A stretch of 64,000 nt of DNA from Candidatus Aminicenantes bacterium (GTDB lineage: Bacteria; Acidobacteriota; Aminicenantia; Aminicenantales; JAFGBC01): positions 1,536,001-1,600,000 of the forward strand of contig OY969696.1 in the NCBI GenBank assembly GCA_963702005.1, given 5' to 3'. Position numbers and translations under genes: made by a program. Below the pieces are notes generated by a model, which did not search any database, had not been told where the DNA came from, and worked only from the letters and a program-made list of their open reading frames with translations. Of this stretch, positions 48,470-57,316 are shown piece after piece. Each line of letters opens with the position of its first letter. Position 1 is the stretch's first letter.

Positions 48470-49858
48470 TCATCCCTCCTTGAAATGGGCCGTCAAGCTT
48501 TCGACGACCTTTTCGAGCTCGATCCCCCGCGACCCTTTAATGAGGATCAAATCCCCGGGCCGGATGAGACCCGGGACCACCGCGGCGGCTTCCTCGGCCG
48601 TGTCGAAGGACGCGACCTCGGCCGCGTCCCGTCCCGCCTCCCGCGCCGCCTCGGCCATCCGGCGGCTGAGGGGACCGACCGTGATGAGCAAAGTCCATCC
48701 GGCCCGCGCAGCCTGACGGCCGGCCTCGGCATGAAAAGCCGGACCGTCCTGTCCCAGCTCCAGCATGTCGCCCAGGACGGCGACCCTCCTCCGCCCGGGA
48801 AGGCCGGCCAAGCCCCTGAGCGCAGCTTCGAGCGCCCTCGGGTTTGAGTTGTAGGATTCGTCGATGAGCGTGACGTCCCGGCCGAGACGAAGGACCGAGC
48901 CCCGTTTGGAGAACGGCTGGAATCCGCGGATGGGGTCGGCCAGGTTCTCGACCGGAATTCCGCACGCATAGGCCGCGCCGCAGGCGGCCAGAATATCGAC
49001 GAGATAGCTGTCATAGAGGAAGGGCGTCCGGAGCCGGACACGGTCCTTGCCGTAGACGAGATCGAATTCCAAGCCGTCCACGCCCTTGGCCTCGACGTGA
49101 GCAGCCCGGATCCGGCAGGAGTTCGTGAAGCCGAACGTGATGAGCGGTCCCCGCCAGCCTTCGGCCATCTTTCGAACGAGCGGGTCGTCGCCGTTGAGGA
49201 CGGCCGTCGCTCCGGGCTTGGCTCCATCCAGGATTTCCCGCTTGGCCCGGGCGATATCCTCCACGGACCCGAAGAACTCGAGGTGAACGGGATGAACGTT
49301 GATGACGACGGCGACATCGGGAGGGGCGATGCGGGTCAGCGTCCGGATTTCGCCCGGATGGTTCATGGCCATTTCGACGACGGCCGTATCGTCGCCCGGT
49401 TCGAGCTTGAGAAGGGACAGGGCGAGCCCGAGGTGGTTGTTGAGGTTGCCCTCCGACTTGAGGACATGGTGCCGGGTCGCGATCAGGGCGGCCGCGATTT
49501 CCTTGGTCGTCGTTTTCCCACCGCTTCCCGTGATGGCGATGACCCGGACCGGCCGCTCGGACAGGACGCGGGCCGCCAGCCGGTGGAGGGCGCGAACGGC
49601 GTCATCGACCCGGACGATCGCGAAATCGGGCCCGGGCAGGGCGACGTCTTGGGAGACGACGGCCCCGGCCGCGCCCGCTCGAGCCGCCTGGGGGATGAAA
49701 TCGTGGCCGTTGCGCTCGGCCACGATGGCGAAAAACAGCTCGCCCGGTTCCGTCAAGCGGGAGTCGATGTTGTATCTCCGGACGACGATGTCGGGGCGGC
49801 CCTGGATAAGGGTTCCCCCCATTTTGGCCGCGGCCTCGACGAGGCGGAGCTGGGCCAT
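48470..49858 (-). CDS. murF: UDP-MurNAc-tripeptide--D-Ala-D-Ala ligase
   Basis: ITGSGGKTTTKE, NLNNHLG, DESYNSNP, LGDMLELG, KGSRG; start set at MAQLRL behind a GGAG RBS. Confidence 0.95.
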   Translation of the reverse strand: MAQLRLVEAAAKMGGTLIQGRPDIVVRRYNIDSRLTEPGELFFAIVAERNGHDFIPQAARAGAAGAVVSQDVALPGPDFAIVRVDDAVRALHRLAARVLSERPVRVIAITGSGGKTTTKEIAAALIATRHHVLKSEGNLNNHLGLALSLLKLEPGDDTAVVEMAMNHPGEIRTLTRIAPPDVAVVINVHPVHLEFFGSVEDIARAKREILDGAKPGATAVLNGDDPLVRKMAEGWRGPLITFGFTNSCRIRAAHVEAKGVDGLEFDLVYGKDRVRLRTPFLYDSYLVDILAACGAAYACGIPVENLADPIRGFQPFSKRGSVLRLGRDVTLIDESYNSNPRALEAALRGLAGLPGRRRVAVLGDMLELGQDGPAFHAEAGRQAARAGWTLLITVGPLSRRMAEAAREAGRDAAEVASFDTAEEAAAVVPGLIRPGDLILIKGSRGIELEKVVESLTAHFKEG

Positions 49859-49859
49859 C

Positions 49860-51335
49860 TCAGGAGGCTCCCTTCTCTCCCAGGATCTCCCGGATGACCG
49901 CGATGTCGTCGAAGGGAATCGTGTGGTCTTTGAAAATCTGGTAGGTCTCATGTCCCTTGCCGGCGATGAGGACGTAATCCCCCTTCCGGGCCTGGGCCAG
50001 GGCCTCCCGGATGGCGGCTCGGCGGTCGGGCTGAACGGCGTAGGCCTTCGACCCGGCCTTGGCGAATCCCGTCTCGATGGCCGCGATGATGGCCATCGGG
50101 TCCTCCTGGCGCGGGTTGTCGGAGGTGATGACGGTCCAGTCGGCCAGGCGCCCGGCGACTTCCCCCATCCGTTCACGCTTGGTCGAGTCGCGGTTGCCGC
50201 CCGCCCCGAAGACTAGGATGATCCGTCGGGGCTTCATGTCGCGGACGCATTCGAGCAGGTTCTTGAGCGCGTTGTCGGTGTGGGCGTAATCGACGATGAT
50301 CTGAAGGCCGACGGCGTTGGGAATCCTCTCGAACCGGCCCGGGACTCCGCTCAGGCCGGCGATCCCCTCCTCGACGGCTTTAACCGAAATGTTGAGGGAC
50401 AGGGCGGCCGCGGCCGCGGCCAGGATGTTGTAGAGGTTGTGACGGCCGACCAGACGGGACTCGGCTTGGATCTTCCCGCCCGGATATTCGAGGACGGCCC
50501 GGATGCCGTCCTCGCGGAAGACGGCCTTGGAGGCCCGGATGATGGCGGCCGGCTCGAACCCAAACGAGACCGTCCGCATCGGGAGTTCGGCCAGAAGCTT
50601 CTGGCCCCAGGGGTCGTCCATGTTGACGACGGCCGTGTTCTTTTTATGGTTGAGGAAGAAAAGTTTCTTCTTGGCCTCGAAATAGTCCTCCAGGGAGTGA
50701 TGGTAGTCCATGTGTTCGCCGCTCAGGTTCGTGAAGACGACGACATCGAAGCTGACGCCCCACACCCTCTTGAGTTCGAGCGAGTGAGAGGATACCTCGA
50801 GCAGGCCGTGAGTAGCGCCCCCGTCAAGGAACGTTCGGAGGTAGCGCTGAAGGTCGGGCGCCTCGGGGGTCGTCCGGCCGGCCTCGACCGAAATCCCCGG
50901 CCCCCGGTAGGAGATCGTGCCCAGGACGGCGGGGACGCCGCCGGCCTTTTGGACGATTGACTCCAGGACATAGGTCACGGTCGTTTTCCCTTTCGTCCCC
51001 GTGACCCCGGCGATCTTGAGGCGGTCCGAGGGATGGCCGTAGTAATTGGCCGCGCACAGGGCGAGGCATTCCCGGGCGTCGTAGACATGGACCCAGTTCG
51101 CGTCGAGCTGGGGAGGCCGGGGACGCTCGGAGAGGACGGCCGCCGCCCCCCTGGCCAGGGCGTCGGCGACGAAGGCGTTCCCGTCCGCCTTCTCTCCTTT
51201 GAGCGCGGCGAACAGGAATCCTGGCCGGACGTCTTTCGAGGAGAAGGCGAGGCCGCGGATCTCCGTCCGGTCGTTCCCGCTCATAAAAAGGACGGGAACT
51301 TCGGCGAAGAGGTCCTTGAGCGTCAAGCCGCTCAT
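49860..51335 (-). CDS. murE: UDP-MurNAc-dipeptide--mDAP ligase
   Basis: TGTKGKTT, TTPE, EVSSH, VDYAHT, DNPR (mDAP-type), GKGHE. Confidence 0.97.
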   Translation of the reverse strand: MSGLTLKDLFAEVPVLFMSGNDRTEIRGLAFSSKDVRPGFLFAALKGEKADGNAFVADALARGAAAVLSERPRPPQLDANWVHVYDARECLALCAANYYGHPSDRLKIAGVTGTKGKTTVTYVLESIVQKAGGVPAVLGTISYRGPGISVEAGRTTPEAPDLQRYLRTFLDGGATHGLLEVSSHSLELKRVWGVSFDVVVFTNLSGEHMDYHHSLEDYFEAKKKLFFLNHKKNTAVVNMDDPWGQKLLAELPMRTVSFGFEPAAIIRASKAVFREDGIRAVLEYPGGKIQAESRLVGRHNLYNILAAAAAALSLNISVKAVEEGIAGLSGVPGRFERIPNAVGLQIIVDYAHTDNALKNLLECVRDMKPRRIILVFGAGGNRDSTKRERMGEVAGRLADWTVITSDNPRQEDPMAIIAAIETGFAKAGSKAYAVQPDRRAAIREALAQARKGDYVLIAGKGHETYQIFKDHTIPFDDIAVIREILGEKGAS

Positions 51336-53062
51336 CGGCGCCCCCCGCTGCCGAGGTCGGCGGTCAGAATCCGGGCGTCGGTCAAGGCGGGCGGGATCCG
51401 GAGGTAGCGGAGGGTTCGCAGCGCGATCTCCCGGAAAACGGGAGCCGCCACCAGCCCGCCGTATTGGTCGTCGCCTTGGGGATTGTCGATGACGACGATC
51501 ATAGAGAAGGCGGCCGGCTCCGTGTCTACGAACCCGACGAAGGACGCCAAGTGACGGAAGGAGGTGTAGCGCCGCAGCGCCTCATCCCATTTCTGGGTGG
51601 TCCCGGTCTTTCCGGCGATCGCGTAGCCGGGGATCCGGGCCGCCTGTCCCGTCCCTCCCTCGACGACCCCGCGCAGGATGGCCTTCATCTCGCGGGCGAT
51701 CGGAACCGGGAGAACGGGCCTGGCCGCCGCGGCAGGCGCGCCGGTTTGGTCCCCGACGATACGCGGCGTCATCAGGACGCCGTCATTGGCGATGATATTC
51801 AGGGCTTGGAGGACTTGGACGGCCGTCACGGAGATGCCGTAGCCGATGGACTGATAGGCCTGGCCGTTCGCCCCCCATTTGTCGGGAGGATGGATGATTC
51901 CGCGAACCTCGCCGGGGAGCTCGATGCCGCTCCTCTCGCCGAACCCGAAAGCCTTCATGGACGCGTAGAAATCCCCGCGAGCGAGCCGAGTCCCGACCTG
52001 GATCATGCCCACGTTGGAGGACTGGAAGAGGACCTCGGGGAAGCTGAGGATTCCGAACGGCTTGTGGTCGTGGACGAAATTTCCGGCCAAGGCGACGGCT
52101 CCCTCGCTGCAGTCGAAGCGGTCCTCGACCCGGACGGCGCCATTCTCCAGGGCGGTGGCGGCCGTGACGATCTTGAAGGTTGAACCAGGTTCGAAGATGA
52201 CGGAGACGGCCCGGTTCGGTTCGGCCTCGCGCGGGGCCGCGGCCTGATTGGGATCGAAATCCGGGTAGGAGACCAAAGCCAGGATCTCTCCCGTCCCGGG
52301 ATGGGACACCACGACCGTTCCCCACGAGGCCCGGTGGGATTCGATGGCGCGGTCCAGAGCCTGCTGGGCGATGTACTGGATGGTTTCGTCGATCGTAAGC
52401 TCGAGGTCGCGGCCCGGGACGGCCCGGCTGAGGACTTCGAGATGATAGGCTCGGCGCCGGGCGTCCCTCAGGATGAGCGATTTCCCCGTCACGCCCGAGA
52501 GGGCCTCGTTGAAGACTCTTTCAACGCCGTGCCGGCCCTTCTCGTCGATATCCACGTAGCCCAGGGCGTGGGCGGCCAGCCGGCCTTGCGGGTAGAACCG
52601 CTTTGTCTCCTCCTGCATAAAGACGCCCGGAAGACGGAGGGCTTCGACGGCCTGGGCGGCGGCTTCGTCGATCTTGCGCTTGATCCAGATGAATTTGTCC
52701 CCCTTCTCGATCCGCGCTCCGATCCTGTCCTTGTCTTCGCGGGACAGGTCCAGGATTCCGGACAGTTTGGCCAGGACCTGGCGCTGGATCTCGGGCGTCT
52801 CCTTGGCCGAGGGCGAGAGAAACACCGACTGAGCGGGAAGGCTCCGGGCCAGGATCTGGCCCCGGCGGTCGTAGATCGTTCCCCGGAGCGGTTGGACCGT
52901 CCGGATGTTCTGGTTTTGTTCGATGATGTCGGCCTTGAAGCGGTCATGGCGAAGGATCTGGAGTTGAACGAGCCGTCCGGCGAGGACGATCGACCAGGCC
53001 AGAAGCGCCAGGCTGAGGACCTTCAGGCGCCGCAGCGACCGTTGGGAGTCGAAGGCTTTCAT
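51332..53062 (-). CDS. ftsI: Class B PBP FtsI (PBP3)
   Basis: RGTIYDR, EPGSTFK (SxxK), SSN, GKTGT. Confidence 0.93.
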   Translation of the reverse strand: MKAFDSQRSLRRLKVLSLALLAWSIVLAGRLVQLQILRHDRFKADIIEQNQNIRTVQPLRGTIYDRRGQILARSLPAQSVFLSPSAKETPEIQRQVLAKLSGILDLSREDKDRIGARIEKGDKFIWIKRKIDEAAAQAVEALRLPGVFMQEETKRFYPQGRLAAHALGYVDIDEKGRHGVERVFNEALSGVTGKSLILRDARRRAYHLEVLSRAVPGRDLELTIDETIQYIAQQALDRAIESHRASWGTVVVSHPGTGEILALVSYPDFDPNQAAAPREAEPNRAVSVIFEPGSTFKIVTAATALENGAVRVEDRFDCSEGAVALAGNFVHDHKPFGILSFPEVLFQSSNVGMIQVGTRLARGDFYASMKAFGFGERSGIELPGEVRGIIHPPDKWGANGQAYQSIGYGISVTAVQVLQALNIIANDGVLMTPRIVGDQTGAPAAAARPVLPVPIAREMKAILRGVVEGGTGQAARIPGYAIAGKTGTTQKWDEALRRYTSFRHLASFVGFVDTEPAAFSMIVVIDNPQGDDQYGGLVAAPVFREIALRTLRYLRIPPALTDARILTADLGSGGRR

Positions 53063-53063
53063 G

Positions 53064-53369
53064 TCACCATCTCTCGCGGTTGAACACGAAATCGTGGTAG
53101 ATGATTTGATCGTCCCGGAGATCGTCGAGGCCCAGCTCGTCCCGGGCCGTCCGCTCGACCCGGCTCAAGGCGAGCAGGGCCGCCCGCCGCGTTTCGAGCG
53201 TTTTAATCTCCTCGATGAGGTCCGTCATTTTTTTTTCGAGAATCCCCGTTTCGTAGCCGATCCGGATCGATTCCGTCTGCTGCCAGAGGTAAAACGTCAG
53301 GATGGAAACGACGCAGACGGCGGCCGCCCCGAGGAGAAGGATGTCCTTGCGGCCGAACCGGCTTCGCAT
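53064..53369 (-). CDS. ftsL: Cell division protein FtsL
   Basis: TM plus coiled coil RVERTARDELGL, between rsmH and ftsI. Confidence 0.82.
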   Translation of the reverse strand: MRSRFGRKDILLLGAAAVCVVSILTFYLWQQTESIRIGYETGILEKKMTDLIEEIKTLETRRAALLALSRVERTARDELGLDDLRDDQIIYHDFVFNRERW

Positions 53370-53372
53370 CCC

Positions 53373-54269
53373 TCAGGTCCTTTCTCCGGCCCGGAGCTTG
53401 GCCGAACGGGCTCTCGAGTTCGAGAGCAGTTCGTCCTCCGAGGCCATGACCGGCTTCCGGGTCAGGATCCGGAAAGACGGCCCTCCATTGCCCTGGGCGG
53501 CCAGGCTGAGGAACGTCCGCTTGACGGCTCTGTCCTCGAGCGAATGGAAGGAAATGGCGACGATCCGCGTCCCGACGGGGGCCAGGACGGCGAGCCGCTC
53601 CAAGAACTCGGGAAGGCCGGCGAGCTCCCGGTTGACTTCGATCCGCAGGGCTTGAAAAACCTTGGCCGCCGGATGGATCTTGCCCTTCTGCGGTCTCCAG
53701 GCGCAGACCTCCTCGACGATCCGGCACAAGGCGGTCGTCGTCGTGATCGGCGCCGCTTTACGGAGGGTCGCGATCCGGCGAGCCAGCCGGGTCGCCTGTT
53801 TGAGCTCGCCGTATTCGCGGAACAGCTCGGCCAGCTTCGGCTCCGAGTACTTCTCGATGATCCGCTCGGCCGTGATTTTGTTGCGGAAGTCCATCCGCAT
53901 GTCCAAGGGGCCTTCCTTCTGGAAGCTGAACCCCCGTTCGGGATTATCGAGCTGGAAGGAGGACATCCCCAGGTCGAGCAGGACGCCCTTGAGCGCGGAC
54001 AGGTCGATTTTCAGGTCGGGGATGTAGCGGAAATCGGAATGAAAGAGCCGGACCCGGTCGACGAAGGGCCGGAGCCGCGATTCCGCTTCCAGGAGGGCGC
54101 TCTCGTCGATGTCGAAACCGATGACTTCGGCGCGGGGATTCCGCTTGAGGATTTCGAGGCTGTGGCCCCCCAGGCCGAAGGTGCAATCGAGATAACTCCC
54201 GGGCCGCTCGATGTCTAAGAACCCCAAGGCCTCTTCCAGGAGGACCGGGACATGGGTCTCATCGCTCAT
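53373..54269 (-). CDS. rsmH: 16S rRNA m4C1402 methyltransferase
   Basis: HVPVLL, DCTFGLGGHS, DLGMSSFQLD, FQALRIEVN, SFHSLEDR, RSAKLR. Confidence 0.97.
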   Translation of the reverse strand: MSDETHVPVLLEEALGFLDIERPGSYLDCTFGLGGHSLEILKRNPRAEVIGFDIDESALLEAESRLRPFVDRVRLFHSDFRYIPDLKIDLSALKGVLLDLGMSSFQLDNPERGFSFQKEGPLDMRMDFRNKITAERIIEKYSEPKLAELFREYGELKQATRLARRIATLRKAAPITTTTALCRIVEEVCAWRPQKGKIHPAAKVFQALRIEVNRELAGLPEFLERLAVLAPVGTRIVAISFHSLEDRAVKRTFLSLAAQGNGGPSFRILTRKPVMASEDELLSNSRARSAKLRAGERT

Positions 54270-54733
54270 TCGGATTTTCCCCGCGGCGCAAGGAGCTTGG
54301 CGATCGTCTCGAAATCCTCGTCCGTGAGGGGCTTTTCCTCGAGCATGCGCTCGAGGTTGGTCTTGTTCCAGATTTCGAGATGGCTGGTCATCCCGACCAC
54401 CTCGACTTCATCGGGGAGCTGGGCCTTGTCGCGCAGGGTCTGCTTGATCAAAACCCGGCCTTTGGGGTCCAGTTGCTGATGATTCCCCTGGAAGTTGACC
54501 TGGGCCAGGAACTTGCGGATCTTGGGTTGAAGCGACAGCGGCATCTCGGGATTCGCCCCCGTCATCCGCTCCCAGACCGGAAGCGGATAGACCTGGACGG
54601 CCTCGTTGGCGAGCGATGTCACCACGACGTCCTTGCCGTAGGTTTCCTCGATGACTTCGCGGAATTTTTCCGGGATCTTGACGCGACCGCTCGCGTCGAG
54701 CTTGGCCGGATAGCTGCCTATGAGAAGCTTCAT
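54266..54733 (-). CDS. mraZ: Transcriptional regulator MraZ
   Basis: LDASGRV.IP.KFR and LDPKGRVLI SpoVT-AbrB repeats, LEIW. Confidence 0.93.
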   Translation of the reverse strand: MKLLIGSYPAKLDASGRVKIPEKFREVIEETYGKDVVVTSLANEAVQVYPLPVWERMTGANPEMPLSLQPKIRKFLAQVNFQGNHQQLDPKGRVLIKQTLRDKAQLPDEVEVVGMTSHLEIWNKTNLERMLEEKPLTDEDFETIAKLLAPRGKSE

Positions 54734-54738
54734 TGTCG

Positions 54739-54801
54739 TCCCAAAATATCCCGTTTTATCCCATTTGCCATCAATATATGGGTAAAAAAACCAAAAGTCA
54801 A
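54739..54801 (-). promoter_or_regulatory. dcw promoter (TTGACT-N17-TATATT) and MraZ operator (TGGGA-N5-CGGGA-N5-TGGGA)
   Basis: Read on the minus strand: -35 at 54801-54796, -10 at 54778-54773, three boxes at 10-bp period in 54763-54739, like the TGGGN repeats bound by E. coli MraZ. Confidence 0.85.
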
Positions 54802-55091
54802 GAAAAAAAACAATTAAATTCAGGCTAATGAAGGCGGGTTTTCTATATATAGTAGTGTGAAAAAAACCCCGGCTAGAGGTTGTTGGACAAACCCAAAAAT
54901 GGCTTATTCCCCGTTTACATTACGTGATGGCGGAGGGCATTTATAGGCTTGCGGGGCTGTGGAAAAATCGGCTTTTAGGTTTCTTCCCCGTCTTCTCGAG
55001 ATTTTCTTGCGTTTCCGAGGAGCCCCCCGGCGGAGGGTCGGATTGATTGACAGTGTTGCCGATCGTGGGCTAACATGATTTTTCTGCGGAG

Positions 55092-56423
55092 ATGAAAATG
55101 AAAAGGACGCTGGGCAAAAGGATCAAGGACTTTTTCATCGGTGCGATCTGGGGAAACCGCTTCTATCATGCTTTGCTCAAGCCTTTTGACCGCTACCTCG
55201 TCGATGTCAGGAAAGCGTCCGAATTCGATTCCGGCCGGATCGGCCTCAACAAACTTTGTCGCAGGTCGGATCGAGAAAACCCGCTGTGGCAGAAAGGATT
55301 TGATGATCTTCTCTTCCCTCGGCAGCCGGAGCTCTTCCACAGGAAGGTCTGGGAGTTTTGTCAGGCTCTCTACGGGCTCAGGCGTCTCAGAAGGCTATCG
55401 CCCCAAGCGGTCGGCCTCGGGGTCGGATGCGGACATGAAGAAATCATGTATTTCTTGGCGAACCGGGTCCAAATGGTGTATGCCACGGATATCTATGACA
55501 AGCGCTACCTGGGGGGAGAGGCCGAGCCCGATGTCCTGATTCACCCCGATAAATACGCTCCGTTCCGCTATCGGAGCGAACACCTGAAAGTTTTGTTGAT
55601 GGACGCGCGCAAGCTGACCTTTGAGGAGGAGAGTTTTGATTTCGTTTTTTGCCTATCCTCGCTCGAGCATCTCGGCGGGAGGAAGCATAAGCTCGCGGCG
55701 CTTCAAGAGATGTACAGAGTTTTAAAGCCGAATGGCGTGGCGGTGCTGACGACCGAACTCATCCTGAACCGTTTAGGCCGGGGAAGGGGCTATTTCCGCT
55801 TGCGAGAGCTCCTGGGACTGATTCGAGAGGCGAACTTCCTCCTCGAGGAGCCCTTGGACCTTGCCGTCGAGGAGGACTTCGCTTTCCCGCCTTTGGCGCT
55901 GCCCATGGAAGTCCAACGGACGCCGCATCTGATTCTCAGGAATTTCCGGACGATCTACACCTCGCTTTCGCTATTCCTTAAAAAGCCGGGAGATCCTCAA
56001 TCCGGAAGGTCCGCCGTCAGCGGCGACGAGGTCGAGATCCCGACGCGGCCCTTGGACTATCGAGCCCGGATCGAGGTCCTGGAATATCCCGAACGAGTCC
56101 GCGCCGATCAAGGCTTCCTTCTCAGGGTTCGTATCGGGAACGCCGGAGATACGGTTTGGTACAGGAATTCTTCCCTGAGTCACATGGTGAGAGTGGGGGT
56201 CGTGATACGGGATGCCGATGCGAAGATCGTCGACCTGGGTCTCCCGCACTTCGAACTTCCCCGGGATATCCGCCCCGGAGAGAGGGCGGAAGTGGAGGCC
56301 GCCATCCCTCCCTTATATCGGATCGGATCGTTTGCGATTCATATCGATCTGGTCCAGGAGCTTCGTTTCTGGTTCAAGGACAGGGGCTCGGAAGAGAAAG
56401 TCCTCGGGCTTGAAGTGGCTTGA
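55092..56423 (+). CDS. Class I SAM methyltransferase with C-terminal Ig-like domain
   Basis: LGVGCGHE, MDARKL.F....FDFVFCLSSLEH, RVLKPNG; C-terminal N.G..W...LPRDI.PGE...DLVQE..WF. Confidence 0.85.
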   Translation: MKMKRTLGKRIKDFFIGAIWGNRFYHALLKPFDRYLVDVRKASEFDSGRIGLNKLCRRSDRENPLWQKGFDDLLFPRQPELFHRKVWEFCQALYGLRRLRRLSPQAVGLGVGCGHEEIMYFLANRVQMVYATDIYDKRYLGGEAEPDVLIHPDKYAPFRYRSEHLKVLLMDARKLTFEEESFDFVFCLSSLEHLGGRKHKLAALQEMYRVLKPNGVAVLTTELILNRLGRGRGYFRLRELLGLIREANFLLEEPLDLAVEEDFAFPPLALPMEVQRTPHLILRNFRTIYTSLSLFLKKPGDPQSGRSAVSGDEVEIPTRPLDYRARIEVLEYPERVRADQGFLLRVRIGNAGDTVWYRNSSLSHMVRVGVVIRDADAKIVDLGLPHFELPRDIRPGERAEVEAAIPPLYRIGSFAIHIDLVQELRFWFKDRGSEEKVLGLEVA

Positions 56424-56441
56424 ACGGGGATAAAACGCTTC

Positions 56442-56714
56442 TTAGATCTCTTCTTCGTCGTCCTGGAATTTTGTCGCGCTTTCCAGAAGGCCGTCGGCGG
56501 CCTCGTAATCCTTTTCCGCCACCAGGACCCTGATCTCGGCCAGCCCGTCCACGGTATAGGGCATGACCGATTGGACCATCCGTCCCTGCAGGACGCAGGT
56601 TATGCCATGGCTTTCGAGGAAGCTCTTGATGACGTCCGCTTCGACCGGGCCGTAGACCTTGCGCAATTCCTTGAGCCCCGAGTTTTTGTCAGCCCCGTCT
56701 TTGTCCTTGGCCAT
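56442..56714 (-). CDS. DUF2007-like small protein
   Basis: [14 protein letters not shown]...IRVLV...DYEAA; AGGAG RBS before MAKDK. Confidence 0.8.
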   Translation of the reverse strand: MAKDKDGADKNSGLKELRKVYGPVEADVIKSFLESHGITCVLQGRMVQSVMPYTVDGLAEIRVLVAEKDYEAADGLLESATKFQDDEEEI

Positions 56715-57135
56715 GTGCGGCTCCTCTTTTTTCTCGGTAATAATCCTCGATGATCCGGGCGTGGTCGAAGGCCAGAACCGCGGGAATCTCGTCGGGTCCG
56801 AAAATCCCGATATCCTTGGCGTCATCCCGGGCCTTGGGCCGGCCCTGCGCCCGGGCGATGAAGACGGTCGTGATCGTGTGCCCCCGCGGGTCGCGTGCCG
56901 GGTCCGAGTAGGCATGAAATTGTGAGACAAGGACGACGTCCAGCGATGTCTCTTCCCGCGCCTCCCTGAGGGCCGCGTCCTCGAGACTCTCGCCGTAATC
57001 CACGAACCCGCCGGGCAGGGCCCAACCCGGGGGAGGATTCTTCCGTTTAATCAGGACGATGCCCGGCTTGCCGTCGGCTTTTTTCATCTCGATGATGAGG
57101 TCGACGGTCGGGACTGGATTTTTACATAGGCTCAT
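56689..57135 (-). CDS. NUDIX hydrolase
   Basis: [37 protein letters not shown]. Confidence 0.93.
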   Translation of the reverse strand: MSLCKNPVPTVDLIIEMKKADGKPGIVLIKRKNPPPGWALPGGFVDYGESLEDAALREAREETSLDVVLVSQFHAYSDPARDPRGHTITTVFIARAQGRPKARDDAKDIGIFGPDEIPAVLAFDHARIIEDYYREKRGAAHGQGQRRG

Positions 57136-57316
57136 CGAGGGATCTTTTCTCCCCCCTATTTTAGGAACCGGACGGATCGTCTGTCAACAGGCATGAAGCG
57201 GTACATCTGTCCTCAAAACGGGACATGAAAATCATCGATTCCGAGTCCGGTCCAGGGCAAGAATTGGCATAAAATATGCTGGTATGTATAATGGAATCCA
57301 TGGGAGGAGCGGAGAA

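Noticed and set aside
49859-50176. N-terminal extension of murF in the ORF track
   Set aside because: It overlaps murE. The ATG at 49858 has an RBS and gives a normal MurF length.
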